A DNA stretch of 64,000 nt from positions 1 to 64,000 of the forward strand of contig JALAGF010002141.1 of NCBI GenBank assembly GCA_030167865.1, read 5' to 3'. Origin of the DNA: Craspedostauros australis (taxonomy: Eukaryota). Each line of letters opens with the position of its first letter. The stretch's first letter is position 1. A model generated the notes under the pieces. It saw only the letters and a program-made list of their open reading frames with translations, was not told where the DNA came from and made no database searches. Shown here in pieces: positions 11,874-24,113 of the stretch. Position numbers and translations under genes: made by a program.

Positions 11874-12821
11874 ATGAGGCAGGACGACGACAACGAAAAG
11901 TACGGCAAGATCCGTGGCGAACAGGCCAAGTCAAGGAGGAACATCCTTGTCATTGTGCTGCTGTGCGTCGCGGTCGGATGCTTCTTCCTCACACAGCAGG
12001 ATGAAGCGGCGGGTTCCGTCGCAGGCGCGGCGCTGTCCGCGAATGGCGCCGTGCGCGGCAATGCCGTGGCAAAGAGCAATGCTGCAACGATCAGCAGCGC
12101 CGAATTCGAAGAACTGGAACAGAAGATGAATGCGCTGGATGCAGAAGTGCGGGAGATCAAGAAGACGGGAGTCATCATGGAGAGCGACGAGCACTCGCTG
12201 GAGGTCACGAAGAAGTTGCAGGACGCTACCAGGAAGGTCATCGTCGCCAAGTACGGTCAGCACCCCGCCTACCGGATCAAGGTCAGCCTCGAGTTCCCAC
12301 CCACCATCCCAGATTTCGCCGAGAAGGGCAAGGACGGTGAGATCGTCATCGAGATGGCGCCCATAGACCTCATCCCGGTCTCCGTCTACACCTTCCTGGA
12401 GGTCGCTCGCACGTGGGTGGGCGGCGAGTTCCATCGCAACGCCGGTCACGTCCTGCAAGCCACCACGCGATCGAGCGCCATCAAGCAGCACCTGCCATTC
12501 CAGGAATACTCCAAGAAATTCCCGCATCGCAAGGGCACGGTAGGCTACTGCGGTCGGCCGTCGGGTCCGTGCTGGTACGTTTCCATCAAGGACAATTCCG
12601 TCAACCACGGTCCGGGATCTCAGCAGCACAAGAATCCGTACGAGGCCGATGCCAACTTTGGAAGGATCGTGCAGGGCATGGATGATGTGGTGCCGCGGAT
12701 TCATTCGACAAAACAGTTGGGTTGGCTGGACAAGGACAAGCGCATCAAGATCGCAAAGATGGTCGTCATGGTCCCCACTGGTCGAGGTGGTGCGTTCGAA
12801 CCGTGGGTGCCATCGATGTAA
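11874..12821 (+). CDS. Type II membrane protein with coiled-coil stem and divergent cyclophilin-like domain
   Basis: N-terminal TM (NILVIVLLCVAVGCFFL) and a heptad stem, then GEIVIEMAP..P.SV.TFL, FHRNAGHVLQ, HRKGTVGY and FGRIVQGMD, matching the cyclophilin fold. Confidence 0.8.
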   Translation: MRQDDDNEKYGKIRGEQAKSRRNILVIVLLCVAVGCFFLTQQDEAAGSVAGAALSANGAVRGNAVAKSNAATISSAEFEELEQKMNALDAEVREIKKTGVIMESDEHSLEVTKKLQDATRKVIVAKYGQHPAYRIKVSLEFPPTIPDFAEKGKDGEIVIEMAPIDLIPVSVYTFLEVARTWVGGEFHRNAGHVLQATTRSSAIKQHLPFQEYSKKFPHRKGTVGYCGRPSGPCWYVSIKDNSVNHGPGSQQHKNPYEADANFGRIVQGMDDVVPRIHSTKQLGWLDKDKRIKIAKMVVMVPTGRGGAFEPWVPSM

Positions 12822-13185
12822 CGAGTCGATTGGAGCATCGCTGCATCGTCACGTCGGGGAAGATAGTCGAACTACTTCGAGAGTGTCGGTGGTACTCTGT
12901 TTAGTTTCACAATAGGAGATAGCGCTCGTACTCTATTCAATCCCATACCATTCATCTCTTTTTCTATTCACTTGCCAATGAAGGCAGCGAATTCATCAAA
13001 CACGCCATCGCCACCAACCCACGCGAAATGCCACACAGACGCAGTATCCGTGCCATGTATTGCGCAACAGAGCAGCCTCAGCTCTCTTTGCTCTAGTCTC
13101 TTCAGGTTAGTGCCACTCTACCGATGTGAGTATTGGAACTACGCATCTATGCAGCCTCGAAGCATCCGCTACTGTCTCTCTCTCT

Positions 13186-16100
13186 CTAGCGACGAGGCTT
13201 GCGACCTCGTCCTCGCCGTGAAGGAGGCAGTTCGCGCGCAGGCGGGGGCATGACACGCCTGCCGCCCTGCGGTTGATCTCTGTTCATGTTGGGCCCATCG
13301 TTGCCACGTGCCACACCGCCACCGGTACGCTGCCGTTTGGAGCTGCGGCCGTCGGGCGGTCCATCGCCGCGAGGTGCGCTGTTGCCGGCGATGTTGCTGT
13401 TGCCGTTGTTGCTTGGCGATGGTGGTCTGGAGCGCTTGCCGCTTCTTCCGTTGCCATCGTGGCCGTCGCCACCGCGAGGACCATCGTTCCCGGTCCAACG
13501 ATGCCCCATGCTGCGTCCTTCATCGTTGTTGTTGTTGCTGCTGTTGTTGCCAGGGCCATCCGGATTGCTGTTGCCCGGCACTCTTCCTCTGCGCAAGTTC
13601 CTGCCGGAATCCTCCGATCTCGAGGGAGGCTCGCTGGCCTTACCGTCGTCCATACCACGTCGATCACCACCCTGCCGCGAGGCGCGACCACCTGATCTTT
13701 GGTCTCTCTCTCGTTCTCTGTCGCGATCACGATCCCGTTCCCATTGTCGGTCACGGTCGCGATCACGGTCACGTCCCCGATCTCTGTCCCAATCGCGTTC
13801 TCTGTCGCGATCGCGATCTCGGTCACGAGGGCGATCCCGGTCACGGTCACGATCTCTATCACGGTCCCTGTCTCTGAGACGATCTCTGTCACGATCTCGA
13901 TCGCGATCACGGTCGTCCCGGTCGCGTCCCCTGTCTCTTTCTCTGCTTGGCGATGGAGAGAGGTTGAACTTTTGCCCATCGCCGCCGCGCCCGCCATTTC
14001 GGACTTCGCCAGCCTCATTTCCGTAACCACCACTGCCACTTCTTGCTGAGTCATGTCGAGATCTGTCCTTGTCGTCATTGCGACGCAAGGAGCCGAGGTC
14101 ACGTTTTGCGCCACCGCCGCTGGTACTATCGTCCACAGCTGATCTGCTCGTTGGCCCTCCTCCCGACCGTCGCTCAGTCACACCTTGTCCGTTGTTGTTG
14201 GTAGTGATGCTACTGCTGGCGTTTCTTGATTCAGGGCGTCGCTTGGGATCATTGATCTCGGCCTTTGTGGCAGAACTGCTGGTCGCCCCTGCAGACTTGG
14301 TGTTGAGATTCCCATCCTTGCTGTTATCGTTGCTGTTGTTGGTGGTGGTGTCGACATCCATAGCTGCCGTCTCATCGGCGTTGCCGTCCACTGCCTCTGG
14401 AACTGTGCCCCACGCGCCTTGCTCGCCTGCCTTCTTGAGCATCGTGGTGTACGCGCTTGCTGATGTCTTCAGATCAGCGCGAACGCGAGCATCGCTTGTT
14501 TGGAATGGAGCTAGTGTATCTGTCAACAGATTCGCCATGTTTTCGCTTGTGGGGAAGGCACTCACGATTCGGGTCAGCACGAGCAGAGCAGCACGCGTGT
14601 GCATGTACTCCTTTGACTTGAGTGCGCTGATCAACGACTCGCCCAGAGTGTCATGCCACTGATCGTACAGCATGGAGAACTGCTCATGAGAGATGGAAAG
14701 CTGTTTGTCCTCGTCCTCCTTCTCGTTCCCGTTCGATGCTGTTGCGACGAACGATCCGGGCTTGTTGGCCACTTCTTGTTCGTAGGCATCTTCATCTTGC
14801 TTCCAATCCTTAAGCTTCCTCCAGATCTCCAAAATGAAGATGGCCACGATAGCGGCTTCGCCTTCTGTCAATCCGTACAATGCGCCCTTCAGCGCAGTAA
14901 CGAATGAGTTGATGCAATGGATGATACTGAAACCAGGAGTTTCGATTTCGTGCAAAAGAAAGATGAATTTCGCGGAGTACATGGCGTTGGCAGGGCTCTG
15001 CAGACTTCGCGGGAAGACGCAGTGCGAAAAGAAAGTGGAAGCGGATGCACCGAGATCTGGTCCGCAAAAGAATCCACCCTTCGAGGTCTTCAAATCACGA
15101 ACGATGGAATCGATGTGCGCCTTCTGGTTTTTCAGGTCACCCTCGAGTTTGGCCAGGGTGCGCTTCGTTCGGTCGATCTCGGCTACTTCATTTCTGGCTT
15201 CTGAAGAACCTGCGGGCGCAGCTTTTGTGTTCCTTTGGCGTTGGAGCCGATCGATTTCCTTTCGGAATCTGCTGATCTCCACTTCGTAGACGTATTCGGG
15301 GTGGTAGATGTCGTAAAGGCTGTGATTCATGAAGCGTTCCAACAGGTCGATGGAGATGCACGACCACAGGGTCTCTGGCAAACGTGCTTCGTACACGGAG
15401 CGGACGCTTTCCGTCAGTTCAAAGCGCTTCGTGCTCTCGTCGACTTCTCCATCGTCATTCACGTATGTGGCCGCGTTGATCAATGGACGGCAAAGCATCC
15501 AGCTTGTCATGACCCCAAATCCGTAGTCTGAGCACAGCTCCTCCATCGTCGGCATCTTCTGCCATATCTTGGTGGTCTTGCCATTCGTTGCGTCGTCGGC
15601 TGGCTCGGCCGCCTTGCCTCCGTGGGATCCGCCTGTCAAGCATTCGAGCAAGATCGTCAGGACTATTTGGCACGTGTCGTGGAGGTTGCCGAGCAATTTC
15701 AATGGGCGTTTCTCGTTGTCTTCGTCGACCTCAAAAAGGAGTCGATTTCGGGCTTTGGCGACCAGGATGAGCATGAGCACGCCGATACCTTCGCCGTCCA
15801 GGACGTCTTTGATTTGTTTCACTGCGACGTTGTTCACGCGCTCCACGACTCCAAAGGACATTGTCTCGCGTTGCAAGAGCCTGGATCCGCCGCCGCCATC
15901 GAGCTGGGTGGTGGACAAGGATTCAGCCGGCGAGTAGTCCACGTACGACAGCGCGCCTGGTTTCTTCAGCAGAACGCGAAGGATGCCAAGCTCCATGACC
16001 GACCCTTCCCGCAGACGTTGCATGAGGTAGCTGAGCAAGCCTCTGAATTCCACGAACGGATTCTTTTGGTAGAAGGCTCCGCAGAATGATTCCAGCGATT

Positions 16101-19100
16101 GCAGCCATTGCGATACGTTGACTCCGTCCTCTGTTTACGTACGAGCATGATGTTGGTCGTATCGTATGAATCGTATCGCATCGTAGAGTATTGTGTCGAA
16201 TTGCATTGCATCACAATTCGCGGAATGTGACGAAAAGTTGGATGACGAGACAGGCATCCGATTGCATTTTGAGCAGAAGTTCAGACGATTTTGGTTCATT
16301 TGTCGGATATGTACGAGTGCGTGAGAATAACGCATCGATGTACGCGTGCATGTGTGTATGTATGTACGAGTTTGTTTGTTGTTTGTTTGTGCAATTGGTC
16401 AGGAGCAATGGTAGATAAAGTGGCAATAGAGTAGGGAGCAGGAGCAGTTTGTGAATGGATCGAAGCCACTGTGTCAGCGCAATGAAAGATGGTGTGGTGG
16501 TGGTGTTGGTGGTGGTAATTGTGTTGACGACGGAAGTGGAATCGTGATCATTGGCCTCCTGCGCTTTGTCCTTCTGCCTCCTCTTCTTGTTCTTCTGCAA
16601 GGAGGAGAGAGATTCATGCGCCGGCACGAAGAACCTGCAGCAACATGATTTCGTGTTGAAGGACTGTGCAATGTCGTACTCGCACGACGCACCGCAGCCT
16701 TCGCAGCAGACGAATACGACTGCCATGTTTGAGTATGTATGATGTGATGAATCCATTCGGAATCGAATTGTCGTGTTGTGATGGACGCTCCAATCTTGCC
16801 AATACTTGTGAACTGCGTGCTGTCCTGCTCATGTGCCTCACACTTGGTTGCATGGAAGTTCACACCACGCCGCATCGAGTGTAATGGAGCGGAATGGAAT
16901 GATATAAATAAACTGGGGTCGATGTTGGGGGGATCCTACCTTTCAAGCAGCTTCGATTCATGACGCCGCCGACGCCGCTGAGACGACTGAGGATGCTGTA
17001 TCCCAGGACGTCGAGACCCAGATGGTTGATGTAGTGGAGCGACTCGACGATGACGTCCACCAAGTTGTCGTAGCTTTCGATTTGATTCAGGATGAGCGCG
17101 AATAGGACCAAGGGATTCGAATGCGCCACCTTGGCCATCTGACGGCTCATCTCACGCACGTTGTCCCGTGACAAGCGCTTCACTGTGTACCTCGCCGCCT
17201 TACCAGCCAGCATCTCGCTTTCCACCAGCGGCAGCGGCTTTCCCGATTGCGATGACATCAGCCCGTTGCGTTCCAAGCCGATGCCCCTCCATTCTGTGTA
17301 CATCGTGTAGCGTGTTGCGTACGGCAGTCGAGACAGAATACTCCACACCTCCGAGGCCATGGATGGGTTGGCCCCGAAGAGCGAGATGGAAGGAACGATG
17401 AAGGTCTTGAAGAAGTCTAACGTCTTGTCGCTGAGGGACGCGAGAAGAAGTTGTTCCTGGCTTGCGGTGCCTTGCTCTGGATCTTGCTTCGTCTCTCCCG
17501 CGGTTTCTTTTTGGGTCGACATGACACTATCGAAGAGAGCATTCAGCAGTCTGCATATTTTGACGAAGAACAGTGGGCGCATCTTGATACTGCACGCCTT
17601 TGATGAAAACAGCAATGGTTCCGCGAATGTCTCCAACGCGTCATCGATCAGATTGTCACTGGTTGCTCTCGGAGTCTCACTTGCGCCGCCTCCCGTATTG
17701 TTCGTATCGGCTTGCACTTGGGTGGACTGCAGCATGTGCGGAGTCGCGACGTACTTGGCGTAGAGGGGCTGCATCTGGGCGTCGGCGATGTCGCAGAGCA
17801 CGGTGCCAAACGATTGTGGAAGCATTGAGGCTAACCGTCCCCATGACTCGGGGGTGGCGAGTTGCTTCGCAGTGCACCATTCGCCCCACCGCAGGAGCGT
17901 GCCGAGGATTTGGACCGTGTGATCACCCTGCAACTCCTTGAGCATCTCTGCAAGCTTGCGTTCCATGTTCTTCAACACAGTGTCCTCTTTGACGGTTCCT
18001 GACAAGCTGACTTTTGTCAGCGCCAAGATCCGTCTCTTCTCCTTCTTCCAACACAGATCGTGACTGTCCTTGATGAGCGTGTCGGCTGGTGGCAGATACT
18101 GCTGCACAAGCACGGCGAGGTCGAGAAGCTCATCCTGAATTCCAAGGTAGCAGACAGTAGCAGTGAAGGATGGAGACGCAGGCGTTGTCGCGGACAGCCG
18201 GAATCGGAGCAGCGAGGGGAGCTTGCTGATGGAGAACTTCCGCAAACATGCAATCAGGGACACGGTCGCGGGATTTCCAGCGGGACATGCAGCAAACGAG
18301 ACGCCCTGATCCCCAACTTCGTTGCTGCCCTGGCCATCACTGCGTTGCGAGGCCCCCTGCGATGCACCCACGTTGTCAAACAGCCGTCGTTCCAGAACAT
18401 CGACGATGAGATCCATGACTCTGTTCGGATCCAGCTGAAAGGTCCCAATCAGTTGACAGCACTGGTCAAACAAGGACGGCTGAGTGGGATCGATGGCGTC
18501 GCACCCGGCAAGCAAACGCAGCACCTTGGAGTAGCCCTCGCTTTCCTCCTGCAGCAGGTTGTACTTGTGCTGCTTGTAGTACGTCTGCGTGTTGTGCATT
18601 CGCAAGCGTTTGAGAAGATCCTGCTCGGTCGTGATGCACTTTGAGTTCTCCAACAGCTTTGGCATGAGGTTGGATTGCAGCTTCTCTCGCAGTGACTGGA
18701 GCCCCGATGGTTGCTTCGCAGTTTCAGCTCCTCCTTCTTTACTCTTTGTGCCTGCTCCTGCTGCTGCTGTTTTCGAAGTGGCTGTGGACGATTCGGCGTC
18801 CTCTCGGGCCTGCGCATCCAGCAGAGACTTGATGAGATGTCCCAGAGAGGCCATGCCATCCACACCATCCACAGGCAAATCCGCCTTCATGGAGCCGCAC
18901 AGCCACAGAGTATCAACAACGGCATCGTGCAAGTGCGAGCATCCCTTCAGCGCGCTGACAGTTTTCGTCACGGCCTTGTCGATCGATGGAGACTGCTTGC
19001 CGTCATGATCCGCCACGTACATGAACGCCTTCATCATGGTCACGCGGCAATCCTCTTCATCCTTGCCTGCCAAGGCCTTCAGTTCCTCGTCCGACGCAAA

Positions 19101-19118
19101 ACTCCAAACGGAGGACAT
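13186..19118 (-). CDS. THOC2: THO complex subunit 2, 2 exons (19118-16940, 16130-13186)
   Basis: YKQHKYNLLQEESEGYSK, LIGTFQLDPNRV and ILNQIESYDNL motifs. Intron 16939-16131 splices to give LK-E-DGVNVSQWLQSLESF. SKEYMHTRAALLVL motif and an RD/RE-rich C-terminal tail. Confidence 0.93.
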
Positions 19119-20137
19119 GGTGCTGCCTGTTCGTCACCTCACGAAGATGATTGTGATTGGTGGTGGTGGTGGTGGTGGTGGTAGCTACGGGTACAATGGT
19201 TGATATGGACCTTTGTCTGCGCCTGTGCCTTTGCTTGTGCCTTCCTGACGATGGCCTTCGTCGTATGGTACGAGTACGAGCACGAGTATGATACTGTGCC
19301 AGCTGCGACTACTCATGCAAATCTGTGCTCCATTTCACAACAACAATGGTGTTTGGTGGTCAAATCCTGGCAGCACTCTTCGTGCTGTGCTGCGCGCATT
19401 CGTGTTGTTGTTGTGTCTTTGCTGTCTTTTACCATGTTTTGCCGTGTTTTTGGTTTCGAGGCACATTTGTAGTCGATTGGGTCGACATCGCCTTTCTTTG
19501 ACTAATCGAGGAAGTCGATCGCTGCTTCGAATGGATCAGTCGTGACAAGATAAAAATGGCGCCAAATCCTCCCTCCGCCACCATTCCTGCATCTTGCGAT
19601 GATGTTTCGGATTTATTCATCCAGAATCACGATGCCTTGCTCCTCTCATGCAATGCAATGTGATGTGATGTGATGCGATGCGATGTGTTGGCCCAAGGCA
19701 TGCAATCACAGTTGCTGCGAAGGATTTCATTCGGGCATGAAGTGAATGGACGAAGCACACCAAGACAATTCGATAGTTTCATTCGTGTTGGGTCTTGCGT
19801 TTGTGGTGCCAACGTCGTTGCTACATTCAATGCCATCGTCGTCACTGCCGCTACTGGCTTCGCCACCGCCAAGCCTTCCTCTCTTCACCACCTTTCCTTC
19901 TTCTGCTGCTTCAATACGCACATTCGTTTCATCGGACACATCACAAAATTCAACCTTGATTGCATCACAATTCACGCCGAGTATTCTACCAACAAAACCG
20001 ACAGCAACAACATCCGTACCACATCAAGCCAGGCATCACGTACCGCACAAGATAGCAGACAACGTCAACACGCAAAGAGCAGATACCATTCTCCCAGCAC
20101 ACAAGCATAGAAGTATTGATACACGATGCGCAACACC

Positions 20138-21037
20138 ATGGCAATCAGCTTCGATGCGTTCCCCCGCGGGTGGCAGTCCTCCATTCAAAGGGGAAAGGAC
20201 GCCTGCGCCGCGCTTTTTGATGAAATGCGTTTGACGAAGCAAGGCGACGCCAACAAAGCACGTGGTGGTTGGAGCCTTTTCTCGAATGATGTGTGGGAGG
20301 AAGATCATCATTCCAACGTGGTTTGCAATGACGATGACAAGGATGGAAATTGCACAGACACAGATACGGACTCGGATACGGAGAGCGATAACGACAGCGA
20401 GCATGATGAGTGCGACGCGCCGCGCGCAGGAGAAGAGCGCCGCCCTGCTCACATGCCAAGCTTTGCGCCAGAGACTGACGATGTTGTTCTGGATGAGATC
20501 GTGCGACAGAGCAAGATCCAGAGTCGCATGATCATTACGCATCATTTGGAACAGTACCTGGCAGACCATGCACGCTACGAGAGCCGAAGCAAAGAGGAGC
20601 TGGCTCTGCGCGCCAATTGCAACAATGCCGATAGTCTCAGTGCATCCAACGACAGCAGCGACAATTTGCAATTGAAGGTGGCTCGGCAGGATGATGAATC
20701 CTGCTGCATGAAAGAGGCAAGGGGGAGCTCCGAATTGTGCGGGGAAAGTAACGCATCCTCCCCATCGAGCGCTCCACAACATGATGACAGCGGAAACGAA
20801 AGTCCGGCCACATGCATCTCCACAGCAGCGCAACATCCAACATTCGAAGATTGGATCGAGCAGCTATTTCCGGACAACGTGGTCATGGAATACGACGAAT
20901 TCTGCGGCGCGTATCAAAAGCAAGTCGATGCGAGGCTGTATTGGAAGGAGTCGGTGGTGATCGTGGTGTGGAACCAGAGGGTGCCGAAATGCCACCACGT
21001 GCAACCCGCCGACGATTCCGCTGCGACGAAACAGTGA
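20138..21037 (+). CDS. Hypothetical protein (about 300 aa)
   Basis: Long ORF with an acidic segment and a globular-looking C-terminal motif (PTFEDWIEQLFPDNV...VDARLYWKESVVIVVWN) that I recall from uncharacterised diatom proteins. CAACACC-ATG-G start context. Confidence 0.7.
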   Translation: MAISFDAFPRGWQSSIQRGKDACAALFDEMRLTKQGDANKARGGWSLFSNDVWEEDHHSNVVCNDDDKDGNCTDTDTDSDTESDNDSEHDECDAPRAGEERRPAHMPSFAPETDDVVLDEIVRQSKIQSRMIITHHLEQYLADHARYESRSKEELALRANCNNADSLSASNDSSDNLQLKVARQDDESCCMKEARGSSELCGESNASSPSSAPQHDDSGNESPATCISTAAQHPTFEDWIEQLFPDNVVMEYDEFCGAYQKQVDARLYWKESVVIVVWNQRVPKCHHVQPADDSAATKQ

Positions 21038-21107
21038 TGATGCAGAACGCCGCACATGCTCTGGGACGCGTGAGACACGACACCAATGGAACACGATGAT
21101 GCGAATG

Positions 21108-21154
21108 CAAATACAAATTCCAATACAAATTCCAATACAAATTCCAATACAAAT
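21108..21154. repeat. 12-bp tandem repeat (aatacaaattcc) x3-4
   Basis: Directly visible in the 3' flank of the hypothetical gene. Confidence 0.85.
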
Positions 21155-21584
21155 AGTCCCTGGAGAGTGCAGAATAGTAGAGCGCATGCTCACATCCCTC
21201 CACCCAATTTCTCTCCATGCATGCATGATGTGTTTGTGCTTGTGGCAGAATCAGTGCTTTCGGTTCACTCTGGTATCCATAAACTGTTTCTCATTATTCA
21301 AATCGATCGGTACACAGTTCGTTCGTTCGTCCGTTCTTCTTCACACGTAGCGGATGCAGGTATGGTACCGGCAGTACAGTCGAGCAGGGAATTGCAGGAG
21401 CAATAATGGAGTAGAGCATTCGTAGCAAATCACCTGTGGACGGTTGATACAGTGCTGCGCTGGATCCGATTTAATTTGCAAAGAGTATTCCGTGCATGTG
21501 CATGCGCCATCCATGCAGTCACCATGCCTGTGCAATTGCCCGTTGCTTTGATCCACTCTACCATGCCATGCTACACTGCGCGCC

Positions 21585-21682
21585 ATTGCTCTGTTTTGTA
21601 TTGCTCTGTTTTGTATTGCCAGTGTTGTATTGCCAGTGTTGTATTGCCAGTGTTGTATTGCCAGTGTTGTATTGCCAGTGTT
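21585..21682. repeat. 14-bp tandem repeat (gtattgccagtgtt) x5 plus two 15-bp variant units
   Basis: Perfect units start at 21613, 21627, 21641, 21655 and 21669. The array abuts the syntaxin stop codon. Confidence 0.92.
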
Positions 21683-22866
21683 TAAAACACACCCAGAACG
21701 AAGAGCAGGACGACGGAACAGATCAAGGCGAGGATGAGGATCCAGCACTGCTTCTTCCGGATGCTCTTCTGATACTCGATGGCTTCATGCACATCGACGT
21801 TGGCCTCCTCGACGTAATCACCTGCCTGCTTGACCTGGAACTCGATCTGATCCAGCAGCTCTCCCTGCTGCTCCGTCAGCAACGCGAAATCCAAGAACAT
21901 CTGATGCAGCTGCGCGACGCTGGATTCCAACGTAAGGACGTCCTGGTACTTGCCCGCCACCTTGGCGTAAGTGGTCTTGATCTGGTCGTTGACGCCTCCC
22001 GCCAGAATTCGTTCCTTGTACAATGCATCACGGCCGCCGTCGCTCTTCATGACGGCATCTATTTCATCATCGGTGGCATCTGGCTTGACGATCTGAACCT
22101 GCCTCTTGACCTTGCTCTTGATGTCAGATTTGTACTTTTGCTGCGCTGCCTGGTAGAGCTTCATCTCGTCAATGAATTTCCGCGTGAGTGTCGTGCACAG
22201 ATTTTCGCGGACGCTGTTTTACGCATGGATGCACAGCAAAGCATGGGAGTTTGGTATGGTCAGAGAGAGAGAGAGAGAGAGAGAGAGGGAATGCCCAAGA
22301 AGAGAAAGAAGGATGGAAGATGAGATTGACATCCATTGCACAGCGATTGAGCGATGAACCATAAATGTTGTTGTCCAAGAATCAAATGAAGAACCGAGCA
22401 AGCGCACACATGCAAAGCCAAATACATAGATAGAAGAGTGGAGCACAACTCACCGCGTATCGGAAGCATTGATCTGCTTCTCATCATTGAGCTTGGCAGT
22501 CTCCTCCTTGAGCAGACCTAACAGAGTCTTCGTCTGCTTGGCCCTCTTGTTGGTGTTCTCCACGAGCGGCCGCAGCTTGCGCGACAGTTCGTTCTCCTCG
22601 TTGGTCGTCGTCGCGCTGAGCGCCTGCTCGTTGATGCTTCCGATCTGCTTGGTGGCCTCCGCCACCGTCTCGATGTCGGCCTTGATCTTGTCCACGTCTC
22701 GAAAGAAGTTCTCCATGTACTTGGGCTGCGCATTGGCAAGCTCGATGTCCCCTGCGCCGTCGCCCTTCTTCTTGTCGTCGCCGTCGAACGGGCTGGGCAC
22801 GTCCGGCTCATCGTCGTCCGAATCCTCCATGGCCCATGCCGGGATGTCTCCCAATCGGTTGTTCAT
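21682..22866 (-). CDS. Syntaxin (Qa-SNARE, syntaxin-1/SYP1-like), 2 exons (22866-22454, 22213-21682)
   Basis: MNNRL N-peptide, Habc helices, SNARE motif LESSVAQLHQMFLDFALLTEQQGELLDQIE and a C-terminal TM. Intron 22453-22214 contains a (CT)n tract and gives DT-R-VRENL. Confidence 0.93.
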
Positions 22867-24113
22867 TGTGACTTATTGTGGAGTACAATATGATAGAATA
22901 GTACAATATGATAGTATTCTACAATACTTGATGTATGAACGAGTGCTGTTGGGATTGGTAATCCTGTTGATGTTGGTATTGGCGTTTGCGTGCTAGTTTC
23001 GCTTTTTCACAAACGGAATGCAATTGGTTTGCAGTTGTGCAGACTATGGTATGGTACGGTATGGTATGGTATGTGAGTGTCGGTGTGTGGTAGATCGTAT
23101 TTGGATGGTGTGAATCGGAGGTGATCCTTCGCTTCGCCTCTTGCTGTTGGTCTTGGTGGGGAGTGCACGTTTTGGTACTGCTCAGTAATATTATGCTATG
23201 CTCCTGAGAGAGGAGGTCGCAGGATGACTCTCTTTTCCTCTCCTTTGTCAGTCTCCAACGTGATGAACGATGGTGTGTCTCTGTCGGTGTGTCTCTGCAG
23301 CTTGGCGGCAATCAGTCGAGTGGGGTGGAATGGTTGTCGGGTGGAGAAGGCTTGGTTGGAAGACTCTCTTGCGTTCCTCCTCTGATCCAAACACACAGAG
23401 ACCAGGCGCCAACACCAACAACGACAACAACGACAACAACCGCGCGAACAAAGAGGACGCGCTCAGCCACATGTGTGCCAGTTTTGCGCGCCGATTGCGG
23501 ATACTGCGCGCACAGTCTTGCGAACAAACACTTTTTGGGCGTCGAGTCATTCGTGGCGGCATTGGGAGTTGTGCCTCTATCAGTACCTGAGACATGGTCT
23601 TCCTCACATTTTGCACACGCGATCTTGCTCAGTATTGTTCTCCCTACCTCTTCCTTCGGACTCTCTGGATTGACAGCTACTCGGAAGGAGACGCGCATCA
23701 TTGCGCTCGCTGCGCATACCTTGATGCGATGGCGCTCATCGTGCTTCATGCTCTTCTGCCTTCGCCGACGATCAAAGTGATTGTGAGGATAAGGTGATGG
23801 TTCATCAAGCGTGCATTTCCACGCTCCTGGTATTTCCACGCTGCTGCTATTGCATCATTCATTATGTGGGAGAGAGAGTACTATATGAATGCTCGTGTCG
23901 AGGACAGCTTCCGTTCACCAGGCGATTTGTACGTATTTGCGTTGTTGAATGTAGTTGCCGCGCATACTGTCATACAAGTATTGTTACGTAATATAATAGA
24001 ATATTATAGTTGGATGGGCTGCGGTGTCATGCCTGTGTGCATCGTGGCCATCAACCATATGTACTAATGCCACCTTTCATGTTCTCTCTTCCTCTGGTCT
24101 GGTCTGATTTGCT

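Noticed and set aside
13700-13940. Repetitive tcacggtcgcga tract
   Set aside because: It encodes the RD dipeptide tail of THOC2; charged low-complexity tails are normal for this family.
21585-21682. Regular repeats superficially CRISPR-like
   Set aside because: Head-to-tail tandem units without spacers, eukaryotic context and no cas genes.
23248-23839. ORFs between syntaxin and acyl-CoA synthetase
   Set aside because: No motifs, overlap simple repeats and are probably intergenic or UTR.
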